A stretch of 64,000 nt of DNA from an uncultured Verrucomicrobiae bacterium. Its GTDB lineage: Bacteria; Verrucomicrobiota; Verrucomicrobiia; Chthoniobacterales; UBA10450. The stretch spans positions 32,001-96,000 of the forward strand of contig CAWIBO010000002.1 of assembly GCA_963834385.1 (NCBI GenBank). Direction: 5' to 3'. Of the stretch, positions 18,578-28,001 are shown in pieces; position 1 is the stretch's first letter, and every line of letters begins with the position of its first letter. The notes under the pieces are model-generated. The model ran no database searches. It was not told where the DNA came from and was given only the letters and a program-made list of their open reading frames with translations. A program made the translations under genes and the position numbers.

Positions 18578-21007
18578 GTGCCCGCCGGTTATTGTGTTGC
18601 ACCTGTTTTCGCCCTTCGCACGACCGGTGTCCCGTTTCGGCACGTAGCCGGCCTGGCCACACCGCGGGCCACGGAGATCGCGCGCGCGCTTCTGACCGCC
18701 CGGGCCGAGCAAGCCCGGCTGCGCAAGGAACTGAACGATCTTTTCGGTCGGCAGGAGTTCCGCATGTCGGGCCCGCCCTTCCAGTTGGCGGTGGCCGTCA
18801 TGCGGGGTCGCGCCTTGACCGTGGCTCCCGGCGTGGTGCTGCCTCCGGCCGTGCCGGCACTGGCGGAGATTTCCGCCCGGATTGCGGAACTGGAGAAACA
18901 ATTCGAGCCGGTTTTGCGTGCGGAGGTGGCGCAGGCGCGCATGGCCCTGCGCCGCTCCTGCCGCGACGTTCTCCCCGATTACCTGATTTTCGGCGCGGGC
19001 GATATTCGGCGCGAAGTGGCCGAACTGGGGATCGAGGAAGTCGGCGGCGAGCTTCCCGCCCGCAATTCCAAGGAACGCGCGCGCGAGCGGCACCTCCTTC
19101 TCTATCTGCAGCGTCTCTGCGGCAAGAACGACACTTTCAGCCGGTTCGGTCCGTCAACCTGGGGTCGGCTGGATGAAACGGTCACAGGCGTCCGCTTTGA
19201 ACCGAGTGCCGGCATCGATGAACGTCATCTCCTTCTTGAACGCTGGACGGCCCATCTCCTGGCACGCGCCCTGAACGCTGATCCCGCCGCGCGCCGCCAG
19301 TTTTGTCCGCGGCTCCACCCGAACGGCCGGATCGAGGGGAACGAGTTCGTCTTCATCGAGGACAACCGGCGCGTGCCGCTGTCGCCTGCGCTGCGCGAGC
19401 TGCTCGACCAGTGTGACGGGCAAACGCCGGCGCAGGGGCTGGAGGCCGGGCTGCCACAACTGGAGGAGTTGGTGGACCTCGGTGTTCTTCTTTTGGGAGC
19501 CGAGGTGCCCGCGCTGGAAGCGAACGCTTTTGGCGTGCTGGTGCAGGATATCGCCGCGTGGCCGGCCGGCGAGGTTCGCACCGGCTGGCTCGACCGGGCG
19601 GAACGGCTGGGCCGGCTGCCGGCCGAGTTTGGCGCCAGCACGGCGATTGCGCACCGCGTGACGGTGATGAACGAAGCGCGCCGGCTTCTTGGTGAACTGG
19701 GCGAAACCGAAGCGCTGGGGCAGCGGGCGCTCTACAAGGCGGCCAACCCAATTCTCGAGGAGTGCGCCCGGTTCTCCCAATTCCATCTTGGCGTGGAGGC
19801 GGCGGCCGCGCTCACCCGCGAGGGCCGGCCCTGGCTTGACCTTTGGCGCGACACCTATGCCTTTGTCGCGAGCCGCCTTGCCCAGGCCCTGCGCCATCTC
19901 CACCAGTCGGCGCCCCGGCACGACGGTGCGGTGGCCTGGCCGGCGTTCCTGGCCCATTGCGCGCGGCAGAACATGCCGCTCACCGGTCATGGCCTGGTGG
20001 CCCCGGGGCACGTGGCGTTCCAGGAGGTAAAAGGGGCATTCCGCAGGGCCCTGGAAGAGCGTGCGGGAGAGGCCGAGGTGGAACTCACGGCGGAAGATTG
20101 CGCGATTGTGCGCCGCAGTTTTTCGTTCCCCGCCTTCGACGAATACACTTATCCGTCGGCAGACCTGCAGATTGCGGCGCGCTCCTTCGAGGCCATGGCG
20201 CGGGGCGAATACCAATGGATCATCGCGGAACTGCATCCGGCGGTGGCCCTGCTGCACCACGGGCTTTTTTGGAGCTGCCCGGAGAAGGAGGTGCTGGCCG
20301 GGGCGCTGCGGGCCACCACCTTTGGGCAACCGAGTCCGCATTACGGATTTCACGCGGCCGATTTTACGGCGCACACGACGGTGCACCTGATGGAAGCGCT
20401 GGGAGAACAGAGCGTGTTTGTCGCGCCGCAGCGCGGGCGGCCGGAGTGGAACCCGATCCCGCCCGCGGAGGTGGAGGTGGTGGTGCAGGAGGAGAGCGGC
20501 GACGTGGTCCTGCGCCAGCGCGGCACGGGGCGTCATCTTGGTTCGCTGGCCCGGAACTGGTTGATTCCGCTTGGTTTTCATCCGTTCCATTTCGGGCGGA
20601 CGCCGCACATGCCGCGTTTGCGCTGCGGGAACGTGATCGTGCAGCGCCGTTCCTGGACGGTGAAGCTCGAGGAGCTGGCCCCGGGCAATCATGCCGGCAT
20701 CTCGCCCGCGCTCGTCTCAGCGGTGGAGTCGCTCCGGGCGGAGAAAGGCTGGCCCCGGCACATTTACATTCGGCCGACCGAGCAGGCGCTCCGGCGGAGT
20801 GGAGCGGAGGGGCGCGACAAGGACACCAAGCCGGTCTACGTGGATCTCGAGAGCTACCTTTTCCTGGAAATCTTCCATCGTTGGCTGACGAAGGCGGGCG
20901 AACTGGAAGTGACCGAGATGCTGCCGGACCCCGAACATCTGTGCTGGCAGGAACCGGGTGGAAATCACACCTTTGAGATCCGCACCCTTATTGTGCCGGA
21001 AACATGA
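18578..21007 (+). CDS. Small LanB / PEARL-like (peptide aminoacyl-tRNA ligase-like) protein lacking an elimination domain
   Basis: YLQRLCGKNDTFSRFGP, SADLQI, IAELHP, PRLRCGNVIVQRRSW, KPVYVD, EMLPDPEHL...FEIR; about 810 aa, ends right after the glutamylation-type domain. Confidence 0.82.
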   Translation: MPAGYCVAPVFALRTTGVPFRHVAGLATPRATEIARALLTARAEQARLRKELNDLFGRQEFRMSGPPFQLAVAVMRGRALTVAPGVVLPPAVPALAEISARIAELEKQFEPVLRAEVAQARMALRRSCRDVLPDYLIFGAGDIRREVAELGIEEVGGELPARNSKERARERHLLLYLQRLCGKNDTFSRFGPSTWGRLDETVTGVRFEPSAGIDERHLLLERWTAHLLARALNADPAARRQFCPRLHPNGRIEGNEFVFIEDNRRVPLSPALRELLDQCDGQTPAQGLEAGLPQLEELVDLGVLLLGAEVPALEANAFGVLVQDIAAWPAGEVRTGWLDRAERLGRLPAEFGASTAIAHRVTVMNEARRLLGELGETEALGQRALYKAANPILEECARFSQFHLGVEAAAALTREGRPWLDLWRDTYAFVASRLAQALRHLHQSAPRHDGAVAWPAFLAHCARQNMPLTGHGLVAPGHVAFQEVKGAFRRALEERAGEAEVELTAEDCAIVRRSFSFPAFDEYTYPSADLQIAARSFEAMARGEYQWIIAELHPAVALLHHGLFWSCPEKEVLAGALRATTFGQPSPHYGFHAADFTAHTTVHLMEALGEQSVFVAPQRGRPEWNPIPPAEVEVVVQEESGDVVLRQRGTGRHLGSLARNWLIPLGFHPFHFGRTPHMPRLRCGNVIVQRRSWTVKLEELAPGNHAGISPALVSAVESLRAEKGWPRHIYIRPTEQALRRSGAEGRDKDTKPVYVDLESYLFLEIFHRWLTKAGELEVTEMLPDPEHLCWQEPGGNHTFEIRTLIVPET

Positions 21008-21786
21008 AGATCATCGCCATCGCCAACCAGAAAGGGGGAGTGGGTAAAACCACCACCGCGGTCAACCTGAGCGTGGCGCTCGGCGAAGTGGGCCAGCGCG
21101 TTCTCCTGATCGATCTCGATCCGCAGGGCAACGCCACCAGTTCCTTTGGTCTGCAGGAAATCGAGGGCGAAAGCCTTTACGACCCGATCCTTGGCCAGGC
21201 TCGCCTGGCGGACAAGATCGTGCCCACGCGGCATGGGAACGTTTTCATGATCACGGCCGACCTCGACCTCGCGGGAGCGGAGATCGAGATCGCCCGGATG
21301 CCGGATCACCTCACGCGGCTGCGGGAAGCGATGGAACCGCTGCGCCGGGATGCCACCTTCGACTTCGTCTTTCTCGATTGTCCGCCCTCGCTCGGCATTC
21401 TGATGACGAACGCGCTCGCGGCCGCGGACGAGCTGCTCACCCCGATCCAGTGCGAATACTTCGCGCTCGAGGGCCTGGTGAAAATTGTGCGCGTGGTGGA
21501 ACAGGTGCGCGATTCCGGGGCGAATCCCGGGGTGCGGATCAATGGGATCGTCATGACCATGTTCGACAGCCGGACCAATCTGAGCGGGCAGGTGGTGGAC
21601 GAAGTGCGCCAGCATTTTGGCGAACAAATCTACAGCACCATCATTCCCCGCAGCGTCCGCCTGAGTGAGGCGCCCAGTTTCGGCAAGTCGGTGCTCGAGC
21701 ATGATCCGACCGGCCCGGGTGCGCGGGCTTACCGGGCGCTGGCGGCGGAGTTCTGGGAGCGCCAGAAAGGCGGGAAGCGTCGTTAG
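21004..21786 (+). CDS. parA: ParA/Soj family ATPase
   Basis: ANQKGGVGKTTT, IDLDPQGNAT, LDCPPSLG, QCEYFALEGL, IPRSVRLSEAPSFG. Confidence 0.93.
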   Translation: MKIIAIANQKGGVGKTTTAVNLSVALGEVGQRVLLIDLDPQGNATSSFGLQEIEGESLYDPILGQARLADKIVPTRHGNVFMITADLDLAGAEIEIARMPDHLTRLREAMEPLRRDATFDFVFLDCPPSLGILMTNALAAADELLTPIQCEYFALEGLVKIVRVVEQVRDSGANPGVRINGIVMTMFDSRTNLSGQVVDEVRQHFGEQIYSTIIPRSVRLSEAPSFGKSVLEHDPTGPGARAYRALAAEFWERQKGGKRR

Positions 21787-21803
21787 TTGGAGGAAGGGCG
21801 GGC

Positions 21804-22106
21804 AGGGGGCGTGAATGGTGAATGGTGAATGGTGAATCGTGAATAGGCCGGTCGCGCCTTGTCGGTAGGGCGACGCTCCGCGGAGCCTGGGAGCCCGCCG
21901 GGCGAGCGAATCAGCCGTTGCGTCACGATCTGTCATCCCGAGCGCAGCGAGGGACCTCACGAGCAATGTTTGGTGTGGCAGCACCGTTTTCTCCCAGGCT
22001 CGACGGAGTCTCGCCCCACCGGGGGAGGGTGAAGGGTGAATGCCGGGTTTCGCGGAGGGACGAAGCTTCCGCTCGTCCATGGACCTGCGGAAGCAGGTCC
22101 CTCCGT
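21804..22106. repeat. Composite intergenic repeat mosaic B
   Basis: R3 (GTGAATG)n 21804-21844; R4 inverted pair 21864-21894 and 21991-22020 enclosing R2 at 21931-21978; R1 at 22054-22104. Confidence 0.9.
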
Positions 22107-22217
22107 TGAGTTTTCGCGGCGATTTGATGGGCGGGATTTGCCGAGAGCGGGAACCCGTGCTACGTTCAGTTGAACGTAAAAGGCGTCAGGGATTTTTCGC
22201 CGCGCGTATCAATCACG

Positions 22218-23472
22218 GTGGATTTACAGGGTAAACTCGCAATTCTGGCTGACGCGGCGAAGTACGACGCTTCCTGCGCGAGCAGCGGCACGACCAAACG
22301 CAACGCGCGTGTCTCGGGCGGCCTCGGCTCCACGGTCGGGACCGGGATTTGTCACAGCTACACCCCGGACGGGCGCTGCGTTTCCCTCCTCAAGATTCTT
22401 CTGACCAATTACTGCGTCTACGACTGCCTTTATTGCATCAACCGCGTTTCCAGCGATGTGCCACGGGCCCGTTTTACTCCCGACGAGGTGATCAAGCTGA
22501 CCCTCGATTTTTACCGCCGCAATTATATCGAGGGGCTTTTCCTCAGCTCGGGGATCATTCGCAATCCGGATTACACCATGGAGCAGGTGATCGCCGTGGC
22601 CCGTCGGCTCCGATTGGAACACCAGTTTCGCGGCTATATCCATTTAAAGACGATTCCCGAGGCTTCGCCCGCGCTGATCGAGGAAGCGGGCCGGTGGGCG
22701 GACCGAATCAGCATCAACATTGAGCTGCCGACCCCGGCCGATGTGGCGAGGCTCGCGCCGGAGAAAAGCTTCGAGAACACCCGCAAAGCCATGGGCGGGA
22801 TCCGGGATCGAATTGCCGAGGCGAAAGCGGCACGAAAAGAGACGGCGAAAGCGCCGGCTTTTGCCCCCGCTGGCCAAAGCACGCAAATGATCGTGGGCGC
22901 GACGGAAGCGAGCGACGCCACCATCCTGGAGCAGGCTTCCGATCTCTACGCGAAGCATAAGCTGCGTCGGGTTTATTACTCGGCTTTCAGTCCCATCCCG
23001 AGCGCGTCGAGCAAGCTGCCGTTGATCGCACCACCGTTGGTGCGGGAACACCGGCTTTACCAGGCCGACTGGCTGGTCCGTTTTTATGGGTTCAAACCGG
23101 CGGAGCTGACCACTCCGGAGGCGCAGAAATCTTGATCTGAACATTGATCCAAAACTGGCCTGGGCCCTGCGCCACCAGGCGGAGTTTCCCGTCGACCTGA
23201 ACCGCGCCGCGCGGGAATCGCTCCTGCGTGTGCCGGGGTTGGGCACCAAATCCGTTGAACGGATTTTGCGTCTGCGGCGCTGGCACAAGCTCCGGCTGGA
23301 TGACCTGACTCGTCTGCGTTTGCCGGTGAAGAAGGTTCTGCCTTTTGTCATCACGGCCGATTACCGGCCGGTCACACTCGAAGGGACGGAGCGGGACAGT
23401 TTTCTTTCTCCGCGGCCTGCCCAGATGGATTTGTTCCCGCGCGAAACCTCGGTGGTGACCGGTCAATTATGA
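22218..23472 (+). CDS. Putative DNA modification/repair radical SAM protein (TIGR03916-like); one frameshift near 23128
   Basis: KLAILADAAKYDASC, GICHSYTPDGRC, CVYDCLYC, REHRLYQADWL. Removing one A at CAGAAATC restores NLDLNIDPKLAWAL and the HhH LLRVPGLG. Confidence 0.9.
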
Positions 23473-24900
23473 TCCGGCCCATGGAGCATCTGCTTTTTGC
23501 GCCAGGCTTCGCCGGCTGGCAGCAGGCGGCGCGGGCGGCCCTTTCCCGCGAATTGATCCCGGAGGAGGTGGCCTGGCAGGAACTTGGGGCGGACCAGCCT
23601 GACCTCGCGCTCTTCGAAACGGAGGTCGTCGCAGCGGCGCCCGCGACCACGGCTTTCCGCGTTCCCCGCCGTTTCGTCGAGCTGGCCCGCCTGGTGGCTT
23701 TGCATCGCGAGGAGGCGCGCTGGGGCCTGCTTTACCGGCTCCTTTGGCGAATCACGCATGGTGAACCGCGCCTGCTCGATATTTTCGTGGATCCGGACGT
23801 GAGCCGCGCTTCCGCGCTGCAGAAGGCGGTCCGGCACGACATTCACAAGATGCGGGCGTTTGTCCGGTTTCGCGAGGTGAAGATGGCCGACGGGCCATGG
23901 TTCGTGGCCTGGTTCGAGCCGGAACACCACATCGTCGAACACAACGCGCAGTTCTTTGTCGATCGTTTCGCCTCGATGCGCTGGTCGATCCTGACCCCGG
24001 AACGATGCGCGCACTGGGATGGAAAGGAGTTGTCGATCACCGCCGGGGTGAACAGGAGCGAGGCGCCGCAGGAGGACGAGATCGAGCCGCTCTGGCTCAC
24101 CTATTACGCAAACATCTTTAACCCGGCCCGGGTGAAAGTGCAGGCCATGCAGGCGGAGATGCCGCGGAAGTACTGGCGGAATCTTCCGGAAAGCGAATTG
24201 ATTCCCGCTCTTTTACGCGAGGCCCCGCGAAGAATGGATGAGATGGCGAGGAAAAGCGCGGCCCAAACGGCGGAGGCGGAAGAGTTCTGGTCGCCGGCGC
24301 AGCCGCCCGCGACCTCGAGCTTGAAGAAGATGGAAGAGGCGGCGGCGGCCTGTCGCGCCTGTCACCTTTACAAGCGCGCCACGCAAACGGTCTTCGGCGA
24401 AGGCCCGAAGGAAGCCACCTTTATGCTCCTCGGCGAGCAACCGGGCGACCAGGAGGATTTGGCCGGCAAGCCGTTTGTCGGGCCGGCGGGGAAACTGCTC
24501 GACCGCGCCCTGGTGGAGGCGGGGATCGACCGGGACGAAGTTTACGTCACCAACACGGTCAAACATTTCAAGTGGGAACCGCGCGGCAAGCGGCGTCTGC
24601 ACCAGAAACCGAACTCGCGCGACATTGCCGCCTGTCGTCCGTGGTTCGAGGCGGAGCTGGCCCTGGTGAAACCGAAGCTCCTCATCTGCCTCGGCTCGAC
24701 CGCGGCCCAGGCCATCCTCGGGTCCGGTTTCCGGGTCACGCGTGAACGCGGCAAAGTGCTCGAGTCGCCCCTGGCCCCGCGTGTTCTGGCGACGGTCGCA
24801 TCCCTCCTCGCTCCTGCGCCAGCCTGACGAGGAAGCCCGGGCGCAGGCTTACGCTCTTTTCCTGGATGATCTGCGCGCAGCGGTTGCTGCCGTGGCCTGA
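23469..24900 (+). CDS. DUF4130 (TIGR03915-like)-UdgX family uracil-DNA glycosylase fusion; one frameshift near 24797
   Basis: HKMRAFVRF, WFEPEHHI, IFNPAR, MPRKYW; CRAC, GEQPGDQED, VKHFKW, R-loop GKRRLHQKP. Removing one base restores TVHPSSLLR through to TGA at 24900. Confidence 0.9.
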
Positions 24901-24907
24901 GGCCGCC

Positions 24908-25354
24908 CTAACCGGCTGGAGAAGGGCTGGCCTTCGCCTCTTTACGCGCCTTCTTGGCCGCTTTTTCCGCCTCGGTCCGCGGTCCAAGCTTCACCGTTTT
25001 GGCCTCGAGGGAGCCGTCCTCCTTCTTCCAGTAGGACCCCCGAACCTCCATCTCCGCGACCACATCCTTCAGCGTCGCCGGTTCGCCTCCCTTGGTGATG
25101 GTGGTGCGCTCGGAAATCTTGAAAACGCGCGGCTTCTCCTTGCCGGCCACGGTGAAGGTTCGGGCTTCGGCGTCAACCGTCCCGATGGTGCCGCGGTAGG
25201 GGCTGGCCCGTTCGATCTTGGGCGCGGGCGTCTCGGTGGGCGCGGCGGAGATTTCGGGGGTGGGCGAGGGGGAACCCTGGCCGCCCGCGAAAGGGGTGGA
25301 GAGGCAGAAAAACGCGGCTGCGAAAAGGCCCGCGCACAGGCACGAATGTTTCAT
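24908..25354 (-). CDS. Secreted hypothetical protein with small beta domain and Lys/Ala-rich tail
   Basis: Signal peptide, SPSPTP linker, GTIGTVDAEARTFTV...LEAKTVKLG. Confidence 0.7.
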   Translation of the reverse strand: MKHSCLCAGLFAAAFFCLSTPFAGGQGSPSPTPEISAAPTETPAPKIERASPYRGTIGTVDAEARTFTVAGKEKPRVFKISERTTITKGGEPATLKDVVAEMEVRGSYWKKEDGSLEAKTVKLGPRTEAEKAAKKARKEAKASPSPAG

Positions 25355-25379
25355 GGCATGGATTCCGGGTTGAAGGTTT

Positions 25380-25452
25380 TGGAGGTAAGGGGATTCGAAC
25401 CCCTGGCCTCGTCATTGCGAACGACGCGCTCTACCAACTGAGCTATACCCCC
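25380..25452 (-). tRNA. tRNA-Ala(CGC)
   Basis: GGGGGTATAGCTCAGTTGGTAGAGCGCGTCGTTCGCAATGACGAGGCCAGGGGTTCGAATCCCCTTACCTCCA: anticodon CGC, G3:U70 pair, CCA not encoded. Confidence 0.97.
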
Positions 25453-25559
25453 GTCTGGCGGCATCATGATACCCTCCTGAAGCGGGTTTTCAAACGGTCC
25501 GGCGAGCGCTTTGTGCCTGGCCAATTGCGCGTCGGCGCAGGCTGGCCTAGGAAACGACC

Positions 25560-26054
25560 ATGAAATCCTCCGCATCCCTGATCGTGGCGGTGGTGGCGCT
25601 GGCGATGGCGGCGACCGCCCTTGTGCTTACCCTGGGGCGCGCACCGCAGGACGAAGGGTCGGCTGAGCCTTACGAAGTCGCCGTCGCCATGGGCCGGCTC
25701 CAGCGGTTCGCGGAAAAGCTCTACTTCTCCGGCACCGCGGAGAACTGGCCGCTGGCGGATTTTTATCTGCACGAAATCGAGGAAACCAGCGATGAAGTGA
25801 TCCGGGCCGGGGCGATGGACGAGGGCGTCGCCGTCAGTGCCTACATGCGGACCATGTTTCCGCCAGCCCTGGCGGAAATGAAAAAGGCGCTCCAGACGCG
25901 ACAGGTGGAACCGTTCAACCGCGCCTACGAAGGCCTGCTCCTTTCCTGCAACGCCTGCCACCAATCCACCGGGCACGGCTATGTCCGGCTGAAGGCGCCG
26001 GCGGCTCCGAGTTACCCCAGCCAGGAATTCCGGCCGCAGGGCGGCCGTCCCTGA
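25560..26054 (+). CDS. Exported helical protein with a single C-terminal CxxCH (c-type heme) motif
   Basis: N-terminal signal/TM segment; SCNACHQ near the C-terminus, as in class II helical cytochromes c. Confidence 0.7.
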   Translation: MKSSASLIVAVVALAMAATALVLTLGRAPQDEGSAEPYEVAVAMGRLQRFAEKLYFSGTAENWPLADFYLHEIEETSDEVIRAGAMDEGVAVSAYMRTMFPPALAEMKKALQTRQVEPFNRAYEGLLLSCNACHQSTGHGYVRLKAPAAPSYPSQEFRPQGGRP

Positions 26055-26073
26055 ATCGCTTTGGCTGACCCGC

Positions 26074-26331
26074 TCAGCTCTTGCGGCCGATGATCAGCCG
26101 GTAAAGGAGCAGCAGGAGCATGGCGCCCACGACCGACATGATCCAGCCGGCGGCATAATTCGCTCCACCGAAGGTGATGCGACCGAGCCAGGTGCCGAGA
26201 AACGCGCCGGCAATGCCGAGCAGCATGGTGATGATGCAGCCGCCGGGATCCTTGCCCGGCATGAGCAGTTTGGCGATGCCGCCGACAATGAGACCAATGA
26301 CCAACGTCCAGATGATTGCGCCGATATCCAT
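26074..26331 (-). CDS. GlsB/YeaQ/YmgE (transglycosylase-associated) membrane protein
   Basis: GLIVGGIAKLLMPGKDPGG, LGIAGAFLG, SVVGAMLLL. Confidence 0.92.
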   Translation of the reverse strand: MDIGAIIWTLVIGLIVGGIAKLLMPGKDPGGCIITMLLGIAGAFLGTWLGRITFGGANYAAGWIMSVVGAMLLLLLYRLIIGRKS

Positions 26332-26390
26332 AAGTATAAGGTGTTGTTTAACGAATCGTCGGGGACCAGCCTGCCGGATTCGAAAAACAA

Positions 26391-27983
26391 TTACAACTCC
26401 ACAACTTGCGCCTTGTGAATATCTTCGCTCGCCTGCAGGGCCGCGAGCAGCTTCGGGGTCGGTTTTGTATCGAGGTTGAGCACCGTCAGCGCCGTGCCCC
26501 CCTCCTGGTTCCGGCTCAGCGACATGGTGGCGATGTTGACCCCATGGTCACCCAGGAGGGTGCCAATGCGCCCGACAATGCCGGGGCGATCGGTGTTCTC
26601 CAGAACAAGAATCACGCCCTGCGGCCGCGCCTCGACCGGGCGTCCGTTGACGCTGACGATGCGCGGGGTGACGCCAAAAAACGCGCCGGCGACTGAAACC
26701 GGGTCGCCCTCGGCGGCGGCGGAAAGCTCAAGCAAATCGGTGTAATCGCCCAGGGCGCTCAGACGGCTCTCCGTTACCCGCAGGCCGAGACTCTCGGCAA
26801 AGGCCGGGGCGTTGACTTCATTGACGTCGATGCCGCCGGCGCTGTGCAGAAACCCCTTCAGGACAGAGCGCGTGATCGCGGTGGTGTCGACTTCGTTGAC
26901 CTTGCCGCTGTAATTCACATTCAGCCGCTCCATCCGCGCGGGCGCGATTTGGGAAAGGAAACGGCCGAGCTTTTCCCCGAAGAGGAGGTGGGGTCCGACC
27001 ACCTCGAGTGTCTTGGCGTCGAGGTTCGGCATGTTGAGGGCGTTACGGATCGTTCCCTCAAGCAGGGCGGCCCGGATCGACTCGGCGATTTCAATGCCAA
27101 CGCTCTCCTGCGCCTCGGCGGTGGAGGCGCCGAGATGCGGGGTCAGGACGAGGCTGGGCGCCTTGCGGAGGGGTGAATCCGCCGGGAGCGGCTCCTGTTC
27201 AAAGACATCAAGGGCGGCGCCGCCCACCTGGCCGCTTTGCAGGGCCTCGAGCAGGGCGTTCTCGTCGATGAGGCCGCCGCGGGCGCAATTGATCACGCGA
27301 ACGCCGGGGCGGGTTCGGGCGAGCGTCTCCTTGTTGAGGAGGTGGCGGGTCTGCGGCGTGAGCGGGGTGTGCAGGGTGATGAAATCTGCGCGCGCCAGAA
27401 GCAGGTCGAGGTCTTCCGCCAGTTCCACCTGCAGGGTGCGGGCGCGGGTGGCGGCGAGGTAGGGGTCGAAGGCGACCACGCGCATGCCGAAGGAGATGGC
27501 GCGGCGGCTGAGCTCGCTCCCGATCCGGCCCATGCCGATGATGCCGAGGGTTTTGTTGTAAAGTTCCACCCCTTCGAATTGTTTCCGCTGCCAGCTCCCG
27601 CTCCGGACGGACGCGTCGGCCTGCGGAATCCTGCGCGCCACGCTCAGGAGGAGGGAAAAGGCGTGTTCCGCGGTCGAGACGGTATTGCCGCCGGGGGCGT
27701 TCATGACGATGATCCCGCGGCGGGTGGCGGCCTCCAGGTCGACGTTGTCGATCCCGACCCCGGCCCTTCCGATGACTCGGAGTTTGGTTGCCGCCTCCAC
27801 CACCGCCCGGGTCACCCGGGTTTCGCTCCGGACCACAAGGGCGCTGAACTCCGGAATTCTCGCGATCAGCTCCGCCTCCTTCAGGCCATGCTGGACGGAG
27901 ACTTCGAGCCGACCATCGCGTCCCAGTTCCTCGACGCCCCGGGCGGAAACGGGATCAGCCACCAGGACTTTAAGCGGGGTCAT
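26391..27983 (-). CDS. serA: D-3-phosphoglycerate dehydrogenase
   Basis: GRAGVGIDNVD, GMGRIG, NCARGG, TPHLGAST, plus ASB and C-terminal ACT domains. Confidence 0.97.
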   Translation of the reverse strand: MTPLKVLVADPVSARGVEELGRDGRLEVSVQHGLKEAELIARIPEFSALVVRSETRVTRAVVEAATKLRVIGRAGVGIDNVDLEAATRRGIIVMNAPGGNTVSTAEHAFSLLLSVARRIPQADASVRSGSWQRKQFEGVELYNKTLGIIGMGRIGSELSRRAISFGMRVVAFDPYLAATRARTLQVELAEDLDLLLARADFITLHTPLTPQTRHLLNKETLARTRPGVRVINCARGGLIDENALLEALQSGQVGGAALDVFEQEPLPADSPLRKAPSLVLTPHLGASTAEAQESVGIEIAESIRAALLEGTIRNALNMPNLDAKTLEVVGPHLLFGEKLGRFLSQIAPARMERLNVNYSGKVNEVDTTAITRSVLKGFLHSAGGIDVNEVNAPAFAESLGLRVTESRLSALGDYTDLLELSAAAEGDPVSVAGAFFGVTPRIVSVNGRPVEARPQGVILVLENTDRPGIVGRIGTLLGDHGVNIATMSLSRNQEGGTALTVLNLDTKPTPKLLAALQASEDIHKAQVVEL

Positions 27984-28001
27984 GTTGGAAGAATCCCCTT
28001 C

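Noticed and set aside
18578..21007. Lanthipeptide or thiopeptide biosynthetic cluster
   Set aside because: No elimination domain, LanC, YcaO, Ser/Thr/Cys-rich precursor or transporter in the window.
20965..22080. ORF extensions encoding FTIHHSPFTIH (also at 8794-9297)
   Set aside because: These are translations of the (GTGAATG)n repeat and neighbouring repeats, not protein domains.
23120..23140. Programmed frameshift in the radical SAM gene
   Set aside because: No slippery heptamer; similar single-base indels elsewhere point to sequencing error.
25380..25452. Integrative element at tRNA-Ala
   Set aside because: No integrase and no duplicated tRNA 3' end found by eye.
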